Numbered from the stretch's first letter, positions 25,405 to 34,620 are shown. The stretch is 64,000 bases of DNA from Acidimicrobiia bacterium (GCA_009835395.1 VXXM01000041.1:2875-66874); one strand, 5' to 3'. Made by a program: numbers and translations. Notes: generated from the letters alone by a model not told the origin.

Positions 25405-27095
25405 GTGCGAGGCCGCCGTCGTGGTCTGTGAGACGCGCGCCGGGAGAATCCCGTTGCGTCGCCGAAGGAGTCTAACGAGCGGCGCCCCGATGCCCCGGGT
25501 GACCCTGCCCGCTCGCTCTCGGTGCCGGACGTGTCGCCGGCGCGCCCGCCGACGGCCCGGAGGTCGCCGGCGGCGACGAACGCCGCGGCGGGCGGGCGGG
25601 CCCGCCGAGCGGCCGACGCGGCTGCCGCCACGGCGGCGGCGGCCAGTGCCAGCAGCGGCCACGGCCCGACGCGCAGGGCCCAGGTCCGCCCGGTGCGCGT
25701 GGCGACGTCGGCGATCAGCACCGCCTGCTCGCTGACCCCGGTGCGGGCCAGGACCTCGCCGTCGGGGTTCACGACCGCGCTGAACCCAGTGGGTGCCGCC
25801 TGCAGCACCCAGCGTCCGGTCTCGATGGCCCGCAACCGCGACGAGGCCACCTGCTGGGACTGCACGATGGTGAGCCAGTAGGAGGAACCGTTGGTGGGGT
25901 TCAGTAGCACGGTGCCGCCGTTGCCGATGGCGTCGCGGGCGCGGTCCTCGAAGAACACCTCCCAGGAGATGAGGACGCCGACGCGGCCCACGCCGGTGTC
26001 GAGCACCGCCGGCTCCGTACCGGCTCGGGCGTCCTTGCTGGGCAGGATGTCGCCCGCCAGGGGCTCGAACAGCGACCGCAGTGGCACGTACTCGCCGAAC
26101 GGCACGCGTCGTACCTTGTCGTAGCGGTCCACGAGCTCGCCGGCGGGCGACAGGGCCACCGCGAAGTTCAGGAACTCGCCGGGCTCGCCGTCCTCCACCA
26201 CGCCGGCGACGAACCATGTCTCATGGTGGCCGGCCACGTCGGCGAGTTGCCGGAGTTGGGGACTGTCGACGAGCCGGCCGTCCACGTTGACCACGTTCTC
26301 CGGCCAGACGATCAGATCCACCGGCTCGGCGATGGTGTCCGTGGCGTCGAGGTGGCGTTGCATCACCACGGTGAAGTCGGTTCCCGCGGCGCGTGTGCGT
26401 TGCGGTCCCCCACCCTGCACGAGGGCGACCTTGATGGTTCCCGTGTCGGTGCCCCGCGGCGCGTCCGCCGACAGCGCCAGCGCCAGGGCGATCAGCGATG
26501 CCCCCGCCAGGGCACCCCGCCAGCGCCGCTCCGCCAGCAGCGACACGCTCACACCGGCCACCGCCACCAGGGCCACGACCGTCAGCGGCCCGCCCAAGCG
26601 TGCAGCGACCGCCAGCGGGGCGTCGGCCTGGCTGTGAGCCAGCGTGGCCAGCGGCACTCCCCCGAACGGAAAGCGCCAGCGCAGGTAGCCGATCAACACC
26701 AGCCAGCCCACCAGGGCCGGCCTGCGCCCCCGATCAGGTGGCGTCAGGGCGCAGCCGGCGCTGTAGAAGAGCGAGAAGATGAGGTTCGCGACCAGGTAGC
26801 CGCCCGGGGAGAAGTCCCACATCCAGATCGTGGCCCCCAGCAGCCAGGCGGCCGAGATGAGCCCGCCGCGGCGCAGGCGGCGGGCAGCCCCCTGACCGGC
26901 GAGGAGCCGGTCCAGCGCGGCGACACCCACGACGGCGAGAGGCCAGAAGCCCCACGGCGGCATCGAGAAGCAGATCAGGGCACCGGCGGCGAGGCAGCCG
27001 ACGGCGATGCCTGCAGCGGGCCGGAGCGACTCGAAGCGACGCCGCGGCGCCGGGTCCCCGGATACCGACGCCAGCCGGGTCGGCTCCGAGCTCAC
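25401..27095 (-). CDS. apolipoprotein N-acyltransferase-like protein (membrane domain plus CN-hydrolase domain) with Ser at the nucleophile position
   Basis: Multi-pass N-terminus. CN-hydrolase motifs DLIVWPE (Glu), YDKVRRVPFGEYVP (Lys) and GVLISWEVFF where Lnt has ICYE/ICWE. GTG 27095 overlaps the hemY stop (GTGA). Confidence 0.75.
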   Translation of the reverse strand: MSSEPTRLASVSGDPAPRRRFESLRPAAGIAVGCLAAGALICFSMPPWGFWPLAVVGVAALDRLLAGQGAARRLRRGGLISAAWLLGATIWMWDFSPGGYLVANLIFSLFYSAGCALTPPDRGRRPALVGWLVLIGYLRWRFPFGGVPLATLAHSQADAPLAVAARLGGPLTVVALVAVAGVSVSLLAERRWRGALAGASLIALALALSADAPRGTDTGTIKVALVQGGGPQRTRAAGTDFTVVMQRHLDATDTIAEPVDLIVWPENVVNVDGRLVDSPQLRQLADVAGHHETWFVAGVVEDGEPGEFLNFAVALSPAGELVDRYDKVRRVPFGEYVPLRSLFEPLAGDILPSKDARAGTEPAVLDTGVGRVGVLISWEVFFEDRARDAIGNGGTVLLNPTNGSSYWLTIVQSQQVASSRLRAIETGRWVLQAAPTGFSAVVNPDGEVLARTGVSEQAVLIADVATRTGRTWALRVGPWPLLALAAAAVAAAASAARRARPPAAAFVAAGDLRAVGGRAGDTSGTESERAGSPGASGRRSLDSFGDATGFSRRASHRPRRRPRT

Positions 27096-28600
27096 CGCCG
27101 CGCCCCGTCCCGCGACCGCCCCAGCGCCCGCCGGGCCGCCCGCCGGCCGCTGGCGATGCAGGCGGGGATTCCGATGCCGTGGTACGAGGAGCCGGCGCAG
27201 AGCACGCCCGCCGGTCCCAGCGTGTCCTCCACGGCGGCGGTTCGCTGCAGATGCCCGACGGCGTACTGGGGGAAGGCGTCCGGCCAGCGGGAGACGCGTG
27301 CCGCCGACGGCGTGGCGGAGATCCCCATCGTGGCCCCCAGGCTCGCTCGGGCAGCCGCCACGAGCGTCTCGTCGGCCTCGGTGACCGCTGCGTCGTCGCC
27401 ATGGCGCCCCAGCGAGACGCGCAGCACGGCGCTGCCGGCGTCCGGTCCGCCGAGGTGCGCCCACTTCACCGAGGCCCACGAGCAGGCGGTGATCGCCGGC
27501 TCCGCGCCGGCCGGGACCAGGAAGCCGCTGCCCCCGGCGGCGCCGGGCGCCGCCGACGGCTCGTAGGCGAGCGTGACGATGGCCACCGAGGCGGTCTCGG
27601 TCGCCGCCAGCAGCGTCGCCTCCTCCGGCGCCCAGGGAGCCACCAGCCGTGCCGCCTGCGCTGCCCCGACAGCCAGCACCACGGCGTCGCAGTCGATGGA
27701 TCGCCTTGGCGTCCGCACCGCCCGGATCGCTTGCCGGCCGGCGCCGTCGGGCCGCATCTCCAGGGCCACGGCGGGCTCTTCGAGCGCCAGAGCCGGCGCC
27801 AGGCGCTCGGCCAGCGCCGCGATGAGCGTCTCCATCCCGCTCCGCAACCCCCAGAAGACCGGCCCGGGGGACGCCCCGTCGCCCCCGCCCGCCGGGGCGC
27901 GATCGCGCAGTGCCCGGATGAGGCTGGCGTCGCGCCGGGCGGCCTCCGCCAGCGCCGGTGCCGCGGCCTGCACGCTCAGCCGGTCGCAGTCACCGGCGTG
28001 AATCGAGCCCACCAGCGGGCCCACGATGCGCTCCAGCACCTCGTCGCCCAGCCGGTCGCGGATCAGCGCCCCGACACTCCGGTCTGTGCCGTCGGTGGCT
28101 CCGGAGAGGGGACCGACGGCGGAGTTCGGCGCGCCGGGGTCGGGTCGATCGCCGGCGGTGTGACGTCCGGTCGCGGCGGGGCGGGCCAGATCGGCGGTCA
28201 GCGCGGCGCGCCCCGCCGGCGACAGCAGCCTGGCGTCGATGTCGTCGGGGTCGAGCGGGATGCCGAGGAAGTGCGCCGGCGGCAGCGGCACCAGGGCACC
28301 GTCGAGATGGACGAAGGCCCGCCCGGTGGCGGGCGCCACGAGGTCGTTCGCCAGACCCACCTCGGTGCAGAGCCGCACGCCGTCGTCCACCCGGGCCAGG
28401 AAGGCGTCCGCTGCTTCGTCCACCGCCCGCCCGGCGAACTGCGAGGTCCGGATGACGCCGCCCGGTCGGGAAGTTGCCTCCAGCACGACCAGTTCGGCGT
28501 CCGGAGCCGACCGGTGCACCTCCCAGGCGGCGGCCAGACCGGAGATCCCGGCTCCGACCACGCAGATCCGCAGCGGCGCGGCGCGGCGTCCCACGTTCAC
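27092..28600 (-). CDS. hemY: protoporphyrinogen/coproporphyrinogen III oxidase (FAD)
   Basis: RICVVGAGISGLAAAWEV...VLEATSRPGGVIRT dinucleotide fold, ~500 aa, immediately after hemE. GTGA overlap with the hemE stop. Confidence 0.8.
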   Translation of the reverse strand: MNVGRRAAPLRICVVGAGISGLAAAWEVHRSAPDAELVVLEATSRPGGVIRTSQFAGRAVDEAADAFLARVDDGVRLCTEVGLANDLVAPATGRAFVHLDGALVPLPPAHFLGIPLDPDDIDARLLSPAGRAALTADLARPAATGRHTAGDRPDPGAPNSAVGPLSGATDGTDRSVGALIRDRLGDEVLERIVGPLVGSIHAGDCDRLSVQAAAPALAEAARRDASLIRALRDRAPAGGGDGASPGPVFWGLRSGMETLIAALAERLAPALALEEPAVALEMRPDGAGRQAIRAVRTPRRSIDCDAVVLAVGAAQAARLVAPWAPEEATLLAATETASVAIVTLAYEPSAAPGAAGGSGFLVPAGAEPAITACSWASVKWAHLGGPDAGSAVLRVSLGRHGDDAAVTEADETLVAAARASLGATMGISATPSAARVSRWPDAFPQYAVGHLQRTAAVEDTLGPAGVLCAGSSYHGIGIPACIASGRRAARRALGRSRDGARR

Positions 28601-29643
28601 GGTTCGGCGCTGAGGCCCTCGTGGTGCACCAGGTCCACCAGCCGCTCCAGGATCGCGGGGTCTGTCTCGGGCAGCACGCCGTGACCCAGATTGAAGACGT
28701 GCCCCGGGCGTCGGCCGTTCGCGGCGAGCACGGCACGTGCCTCGGTCGCCACCTCCTCCCAGGGCGCCAGGCAGGCAGCCGGGTCGAGGTTGCCCTGCAC
28801 CGCCACGCTCTGGCCCAGCCGGGCGCGGGCGGCGTCCAGCGGCACCCGCCAATCGACCCCCACCACATCCGCGCCGACGGCCATGTCCGCCAGCAGCTCG
28901 CCCGTGCCCACACCGAAGTGGATGGCGGGCACGCCCAACTCGCCAACCGCTGCCAGCACCCGGCGGCTCGCCGGCGCGGCGAAGCGCCGGTAGTGATCCG
29001 GCGACAGGCATCCCGCCCAGCTGTCGAACAGCTGCACGGCGGTGGCGCCCGCCGCCACCTGCTGGCCCAGCGAGGCGATCGCCAGGTCGGCCAGCCGCTC
29101 GGTGAGGTCGTCCCACAGCCCGGGGTCGCCCAGCATCAGCGCCTTGGTGCGCGGGTGGTGCCGGCTGGGGCCGCCCTCGATCACATAGCTGGCAAGCGTG
29201 AACGGCGCGCCGGCGAAGCCGATCAGCGGCACCTCCAGTTCGTCGACCAGCAGCCGCACCGCCTCGTTGACGTGCGCCAGGTCCTCGCCGTCGGGCGGCC
29301 GGAGGCGAGCCAGGTCGGCACGGCCGGCGAACGGGCGCTCCATCACCGGACCGGTGCCGGCCACGATGTCCACCCCGAAACCGATCGCCTCCAGCGGTAC
29401 CACGATGTCGGAGAACAGCACGGCGGCGTCCACCCCGTAGCGCCGCACCGGCTGCAGGGTCAGCTCGGTGACCAGCTCGGGCCGCGCCACCGCCTCCAGT
29501 AGCGTGGTGTCGCCGCGGGCTCTGTGGTACTCGGGCAGCGATCGGCCCGCCTGGCGCATGAACCACACCGGCGTCCGATCCACCGGCAGGCCCCGGCATG
29601 CCCTCAGGAAACGGGAGTCCGCAAGCGCCGCCACGCCGGTCAC
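28597..29643 (-). CDS. hemE: uroporphyrinogen decarboxylase
   Basis: FLRACRGLPVDRTPVWFMRQAGRSLPEY...LQPVRRYGVDAAVLFSDI...FAGAPFTLASY...FDSWAG...NLGHGVLP. Confidence 0.9.
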   Translation of the reverse strand: MTGVAALADSRFLRACRGLPVDRTPVWFMRQAGRSLPEYHRARGDTTLLEAVARPELVTELTLQPVRRYGVDAAVLFSDIVVPLEAIGFGVDIVAGTGPVMERPFAGRADLARLRPPDGEDLAHVNEAVRLLVDELEVPLIGFAGAPFTLASYVIEGGPSRHHPRTKALMLGDPGLWDDLTERLADLAIASLGQQVAAGATAVQLFDSWAGCLSPDHYRRFAAPASRRVLAAVGELGVPAIHFGVGTGELLADMAVGADVVGVDWRVPLDAARARLGQSVAVQGNLDPAACLAPWEEVATEARAVLAANGRRPGHVFNLGHGVLPETDPAILERLVDLVHHEGLSAEP

Positions 29644-30887
29644 GGGCCGAGCGCGGTGATGGGTACGACGGCAATGCCGTCGGGGTATTCGAACCCGTAG
29701 CCTCCGGCTGTGATCACCATGAGCTTGCGCGGCTCGCCCATGCGTGCGGTGTCGACGCGCTCTCGGAGACGGCGCAGGGTGCGTGCACCCTGCTCCACGG
29801 GCTCGGCCCCGCCGAGCTTCACTTCGGCGGCGGCCCATCCGGCGTGGTCGCTGCTCGTGAGGATCACATCCACTTCCAGACCGGAGCCGTCGCGGTAGTA
29901 GGAGAGTTCCCAATCGTTCGCCCGGGCGTAGACGCTCAGATCGCGCACCACCAGCGATTCGAACAGGAGTCCGAAGAAGCTCAAGTCCACCAGCAGATGG
30001 TCGCGGTTGGCCCGCAGCGCGGCCACGGCCAGCGATGGATCGCAGAAGTAGCGCTTGGGTCTGCGGCGAAGCTCGGCGCGGGAGCGCAGATGCGGTCGCC
30101 ATGCCGCCAACTCCTCCGTCACGAACAGACGGCTCAGCGCGCTCAAGTAGCTCTTCACGGTCTCCGGGTGCAACGTGTCGCCGCCGCCGCCGACGTCGGT
30201 TCCGAGCGTCCTGTAGGTCACGTCCGTCGACGTGTTCCGTCCCAGGGAGGCGAGCAGGCGACGCACGCCGACGGGATCGCGGGCCGTGCCGTCGACCCGG
30301 GAGACGTCAGTCCGGCTGATCTCGTCCAGGTAGCTGCGCAGTTGCCGCTGCGCCACCGCCGGCGGGTCGCCGAGTAGGTTCGGCCAGCCTCCCCGGCAGG
30401 CCAGGTCAGCGACATCGGGCAGGTCGAGACCGGATGCGGGCGCCGAAGATGCCCCGGCATCCAGCAGCCCGCCCAGGGAGACTCGCCCGCTCGACTCGCC
30501 GCTCTCGAACAGACTCATCGGTCGCATCCGGACGCGGATGATCCGCCCGGTGCCCGTGTGGCGGGTGGCGTCGTCGGGCGGGTCGGCGGAGCCGGTCAGG
30601 ATGAACTGGCCTTTCTGTCCCCGATCGTCGCAGGCGCGCCGCATCGCGTTCCACACGTCGGGGGCCAGTTGCCACTCGTCGAGCAGCCGGGGCACGGGTC
30701 CCTCCAGGATCGACCTCGGGTCCACCTGAGCGGCCAGGCGATTCTCGTGGACGGCGTCGAACGGCACCTCGCTACGTGCGTGTCGCCTGCCTGTCCACGT
30801 CTTGCCGCAGGCGCGCGGCCCCTCGATCACGACCGCCGGGGAGGCGCGCAGCGCCCTCTCCACCTCGCGGTCCGCAACCCGAGGCAT
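29640..30887 (-). CDS. AAA-type ATP-binding protein with DUF4143-like C-terminal domain
   Basis: MPRVADREVERAL...VVIEGPRACGKTWTG (Walker A)...FILTGS. C-terminal ...WELSYYRDGSGLEVDVIL...WAAAEVKLG. Alternative upstream starts are GTG 30917 and TTG 30938. The stop overlaps the hemE GTG (GTGA). Confidence 0.65.
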   Translation of the reverse strand: MPRVADREVERALRASPAVVIEGPRACGKTWTGRRHARSEVPFDAVHENRLAAQVDPRSILEGPVPRLLDEWQLAPDVWNAMRRACDDRGQKGQFILTGSADPPDDATRHTGTGRIIRVRMRPMSLFESGESSGRVSLGGLLDAGASSAPASGLDLPDVADLACRGGWPNLLGDPPAVAQRQLRSYLDEISRTDVSRVDGTARDPVGVRRLLASLGRNTSTDVTYRTLGTDVGGGGDTLHPETVKSYLSALSRLFVTEELAAWRPHLRSRAELRRRPKRYFCDPSLAVAALRANRDHLLVDLSFFGLLFESLVVRDLSVYARANDWELSYYRDGSGLEVDVILTSSDHAGWAAAEVKLGGAEPVEQGARTLRRLRERVDTARMGEPRKLMVITAGGYGFEYPDGIAVVPITALGP

Positions 30888-30960
30888 GTAGCCCAGCGGA
30901 GTCAGTCGATCGCTCACGTGGCAGCCCCCACAGGCCAAGCCTACGCCGCCGTCGCTTCAA

Positions 30961-31052
30961 TCGCGATTTTTGAGATGCTTCGATCGCGCTTTCCGGAGAT
31001 CTTTAGTCGCGATTTCCGGGACCATCCAACCGCGAATCCCCGCCGATCACAG
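30961..31052. repeat. four direct repeats phased at exactly 23 bp (TCGCG[A/C]TTT-type heads)
   Basis: The units are TCGCGATTTTTGAGATGCTTCGA, TCGCGCTTTCCGGAGATCTTTAG, TCGCGATTTCCGGGACCATCCAA and CCGCGAATCCCCGCCGATCACAG, starting at 30961, 30984, 31007 and 31030. They lie in the low-GC divergent region between the DUF4143 ATPase gene and helD. Confidence 0.6.
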
Positions 31053-31215
31053 GTGCCAAGCTCGCGACCCCGCAGTGCCTGGGGTCACGTGGCGAATTGG
31101 GACTCAGGGCACGCCGAAGGTGGAGACCTTGTCGACGCGGCATTCGAACAGCACGCGGTGATTCTCGTCCGATCACCCCTGGATCCGCTGCCGTGAGACC
31201 GGACGCGGGGGTAGG

Positions 31216-33399
31216 GTGGATCTCTTGTCCAGCGTCAGTGAGATCGACGTCGCGAGGTCGGAGCTGGAGGCCGAGCAGGCCTACGTCGACCATGCCCACG
31301 CCTGCCTGGACGCCACCCGGCGGCGCATCCGCGAGTTCTGGGAGAGGGTGGCGGCCGGCCGCGACGGCACCCACGCCGCCCGCTTCGAACGCGACGTGCT
31401 GGAGCATCGGGTGTTCCAGCGTCTCGGCCAACTCGAGTTGGGCGGCCGCTCGCTCTGCTTCGGGCGCATCGATCTGCGCACTGGCGGGGAGGGCGGCGAC
31501 GGTGCGGGCGAGGGCGACGATGGTTCCGAGACGTTCTACATCGGCCGGATCGGGGTCTGGGACGAGGACCAGGCGGCAGTGTTGTGCGACTGGCGCGCCC
31601 CGGTGGCCGAGCCGTTCTTCCGGGCCACCGGCCGTCAGCCCCTGGGTCTGGCCCGCCGCCGCCGCTTCGTCAGCCGCGGCAGCCGCCTGCTGGGACTCGA
31701 CGACGAGCACTTCTCGCCCGGCGTACTGGACGGCGACGGCAGTCCCACCGCCGTGGACCCCGACAGCGCCCTCCGGGAGAACCCGGCGCTGCAGGCGGTC
31801 CTGGAGGCTCCCCGCACCGGCCGACTCGGCGACGTCACCGCCACCATCCAGGCCGAGCAGGACGACGTCATCCGCGCCCCGCTGCCGGGCGTCCTCATCG
31901 TCCAAGGCGGTCCCGGCACCGGCAAGACGGTCGTGGCGCTGCACCGGGCCGCCTACCTCATCTACACCCACCGCTTCCCGCTGGCCGGCCAGGGCGTCCT
32001 GGTGATCGGCCCGAACCCCGTGTTCCTGACCTACGTCGAGCAGATCCTGCCCTCCCTCGGCGAGGCCGGGGTGCGGCTTGCCACGCTCGGCGACCTGCTC
32101 GAGGACGTGCCGGTCAGCGGTCACGACAGCGAGCCGGTGGCCCGCACCAAGGGCGACGCCCGCATGGCCGCCGTGGTGCGCCGCGCCGTGCGGACCCGCC
32201 AGCGTGCCCTGCGTGAGCCCCTCGTCCTGGACTACGGCCTGCGGCGCCTGCGGCTCTCGACCGAGGCCAGCGCGGCCATCGTGGCCGGCGCCCGCCGCCG
32301 GGCCCGCACCCACAACGGGGGCCGCCGGTTCGTGGTCGAGGCGTTCTTCCAGTCGCTGGCCACCAGCGTCCGGCGGCCCGTGGACGCCGCCGAACTGGCT
32401 GACGCGCTGGGTGAGACGCTGGAGGTGCGCCGCGCCCTCGACTGGATGTGGCCGCAGCTCACGCCCGCCCACCTCCTGCACGACCTCTTCGGTAGCCGGG
32501 CGCTGCTGGCCAACGCCGCCGCCGGCGTGCTCGACGACGCCGAGATCGAGGGCCTGTACCGCCCGCGGCGGGCGCACGCCGACGACGTGGTCTGGACCAC
32601 CGACGATGTGCCGCTGCTCGACGAGGCCCGCATGCTGCTGGGGCCGCGGAACCCCCGCGGCAACGCGGGCCGCATCCGCACCTACGGCCACATCGTGGTG
32701 GACGAGGCGCAGGACCTCTCGCCCATGCAGCTGCGCATGGTGGGGCGCCGCTCGCTCAACGGCTCGCTGACGCTGGTGGGGGACATCGCCCAGGCCACCA
32801 GCGCCTGGGCGCACGACTCCTGGGACAGCCTGGTGGATCTCGTCTCGCCGGAGGCACCGCCGCGGTTCGCCGAGTTGACGATCGGCTACCGGGTGCCGCA
32901 GCCGATCATGAGTTTCGCCGCCGCGTGCCTGCCCCCGGAGTTGGCGGACCTGGTGCCGCCGCGCGCTGCCCGGCCCGGCGGCGAGCCGCCCCGGATCGTG
33001 CGCCTGCCCGGGACCGATCCGGAGTCGGGCGCAGGCGCCGTCGTGGCCGCCGTGCGCCGTGAACTACCGCACGTGGGGGCGGGGAACCTGGCGGTCATCT
33101 GCGCCGACGAGCAGGTCGCCGAGCTGTCGGGGGCGCTGGCAGCCGCCGGGATGGCCCACGGCACCTCTGCCCGGCAGGCCCTCGGCATGCAGGTGTCGGT
33201 CTGCTCGGCGCGCACCCTCAAGGGCTTGGAGGTGGACGCCGCCCTGGTGGTGGAGCCCGCCCGCATCGCCGCCGAGTCGGCCGCGGGGATGCGGCTGCTG
33301 TACGTGGCGCTCAGCCGGGCCACGCAGCGCCTCACCGTGATCGCCGGCGAGCCGCTGCCCCGCCCGCTGGAGGAGGCCGCCACGGCGGTCGGCGGGTAG
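31216..33399 (+). CDS. helD: HelD-type (UvrD/Rep superfamily 1) helicase-like ATPase
   Basis: N-terminal coiled region (ELEAEQAYVDHAHACLD). Walker A GGPGTGKTVVALHRAAYL, IVVDEAQDLSPMQ, and C-terminal LYVALSRATQRLTVI. Confidence 0.8.
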   Translation: MDLLSSVSEIDVARSELEAEQAYVDHAHACLDATRRRIREFWERVAAGRDGTHAARFERDVLEHRVFQRLGQLELGGRSLCFGRIDLRTGGEGGDGAGEGDDGSETFYIGRIGVWDEDQAAVLCDWRAPVAEPFFRATGRQPLGLARRRRFVSRGSRLLGLDDEHFSPGVLDGDGSPTAVDPDSALRENPALQAVLEAPRTGRLGDVTATIQAEQDDVIRAPLPGVLIVQGGPGTGKTVVALHRAAYLIYTHRFPLAGQGVLVIGPNPVFLTYVEQILPSLGEAGVRLATLGDLLEDVPVSGHDSEPVARTKGDARMAAVVRRAVRTRQRALREPLVLDYGLRRLRLSTEASAAIVAGARRRARTHNGGRRFVVEAFFQSLATSVRRPVDAAELADALGETLEVRRALDWMWPQLTPAHLLHDLFGSRALLANAAAGVLDDAEIEGLYRPRRAHADDVVWTTDDVPLLDEARMLLGPRNPRGNAGRIRTYGHIVVDEAQDLSPMQLRMVGRRSLNGSLTLVGDIAQATSAWAHDSWDSLVDLVSPEAPPRFAELTIGYRVPQPIMSFAAACLPPELADLVPPRAARPGGEPPRIVRLPGTDPESGAGAVVAAVRRELPHVGAGNLAVICADEQVAELSGALAAAGMAHGTSARQALGMQVSVCSARTLKGLEVDAALVVEPARIAAESAAGMRLLYVALSRATQRLTVIAGEPLPRPLEEAATAVGG

Positions 33400-33463
33400 C
33401 CCCGGGCCGTCCCCGGCCGCCGCGATCGAATCCCCGAAGCGGTTGCATCGAGCCGGCGTGTTG

Positions 33464-33505
33464 TTAAGGTTGCCTAATTCGTGTCGAGCCGTTAGGGTCG
33501 CCTAA
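33464..33505. promoter_or_regulatory. paired 14-bp boxes TTAAGGTTGCCTAA and TTAGGGTCGCCTAA upstream of the Fe(III)-type importer (candidate operator and/or promoter)
   Basis: Box B is a TTAGG-N4-CCTAA inverted repeat. The same pair recurs at 34621-34660. Alternatively, TTGCCT, a 17-nt spacer and TAGGGT could be the -35/-10 elements. Confidence 0.5.
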
Positions 33506-33556
33506 CACCCTATGCCGCATCCGCTCGAAGGAATGCGCCGGAACCGGAGGAGACAC

Positions 33557-34606
33557 ATGATCAAGCCCCGCCACACGGTCCGCCCGCGGGCCGGGCGCAC
33601 TGCCCGCTTGCTGGCGCTGGTTGCCGTCGTCGGTCTCCTGGCCGCCGCCTGTAGCTCCGATGACGAGCCCGACGATCCCATCACCGTCTATTCGGGCCGC
33701 AACGAGGACCTCATCGGACCACTCGTGGAGATGTTCGAAGAGGACAGCGGCATCGAGGTGGAGGTCCGCTACGGCTCATCGGCGGATCTGGCCCTGTTGA
33801 TCGAGACCGAGGGCGACGCCACGCCTGCAGACGTCTTCATTTCTCAGAGTCCCGGCGCCATGGGATACCTGGCCACACAGGACCGCCTGCAGACTCTTCC
33901 GGCAAGTGTCCTCGACTCTGTCGACGCGCTCTATCAGGCGGGCGACGGCACGTGGGTGGGCTTCAGCGGGCGCCAGCGCGTGCTTGTGTACAACCCCAAC
34001 CTCGTGGATCCTGCCGACCTCCCTGAATCTGTGTTGGATCTCACCGACCCGGCGTACGACGGCCGCGTCGCTGTGGCACCCGCCAACAGTTCCTTCCAGG
34101 ACTTCATCACGGCGATGCGCTTCGACTCCGGTGACGACGCCGCGCTCGCCTGGTTGGAGGGGATGGCGGCCAACAACTCGCCCAACTACCCGAAGAACTC
34201 GGCAATCGTCGACGCGGTCCTGCGTGGCGAGGTGGAGATGGGTCTCGTCAACCACTACTACCTGCTGCGCTTCCTTGCCGAGGATCCCGATGCCCCCGGG
34301 ATCAACCACAACTTCGCCCCCGACGACATCGGCTCGCTGCTGATCGTGACCACGGGGGCGGTCCTGGAGACCTCCGATCAGCCCAGTGCGGCGCAAGCCT
34401 TCGTCGAGTTCATGCTGACGCGGCAGGCGCAGGAGTTCTACGCGTCCGAGACCCGCGAGTATCCGCTGGCTGCGGGCGTCCAGCCGCCGGACGAACTCGT
34501 TCCCGTCGAAGTCGCCGACGTCATGGACACCATCGACTTCGATGTGCTCGGCGGTGGTCTGGCGCGTACCCAGGAACTCATCGAACAGAGCGGCATTGTG
34601 CGCTGA
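33557..34606 (+). CDS. Fe(III)-type ABC transporter substrate-binding lipoprotein (FbpA/AfuA-like family)
   Basis: Lipobox LLAAAC. ITVYSGRNEDLIGPLVEMFEEDSGIEVEVRYGSSADLALLI..EG...PADVFISQSPG... GGAGGA SD 6 nt before ATG 33557. Confidence 0.7.
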   Translation: MIKPRHTVRPRAGRTARLLALVAVVGLLAAACSSDDEPDDPITVYSGRNEDLIGPLVEMFEEDSGIEVEVRYGSSADLALLIETEGDATPADVFISQSPGAMGYLATQDRLQTLPASVLDSVDALYQAGDGTWVGFSGRQRVLVYNPNLVDPADLPESVLDLTDPAYDGRVAVAPANSSFQDFITAMRFDSGDDAALAWLEGMAANNSPNYPKNSAIVDAVLRGEVEMGLVNHYYLLRFLAEDPDAPGINHNFAPDDIGSLLIVTTGAVLETSDQPSAAQAFVEFMLTRQAQEFYASETREYPLAAGVQPPDELVPVEVADVMDTIDFDVLGGGLARTQELIEQSGIVR

Positions 34607-34620
34607 GGTCGTGCCAGTTG

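Noticed and set aside
30961-31052. Possible CRISPR array
   Set aside because: There are only four imperfect 23-bp contiguous units with no spacers, and no cas genes nearby. It is kept instead as an iteron-like repeat.
33464-33505. Canonical 19-bp IdeR/DtxR iron box
   Set aside because: The best 19-mer (TTAGGGTCGCCTAACACCC) matches only about 12/19 of the consensus I recall. The symmetric part is a 14-mer with 4-nt spacing, so I report it as a non-canonical candidate operator rather than an IdeR box.
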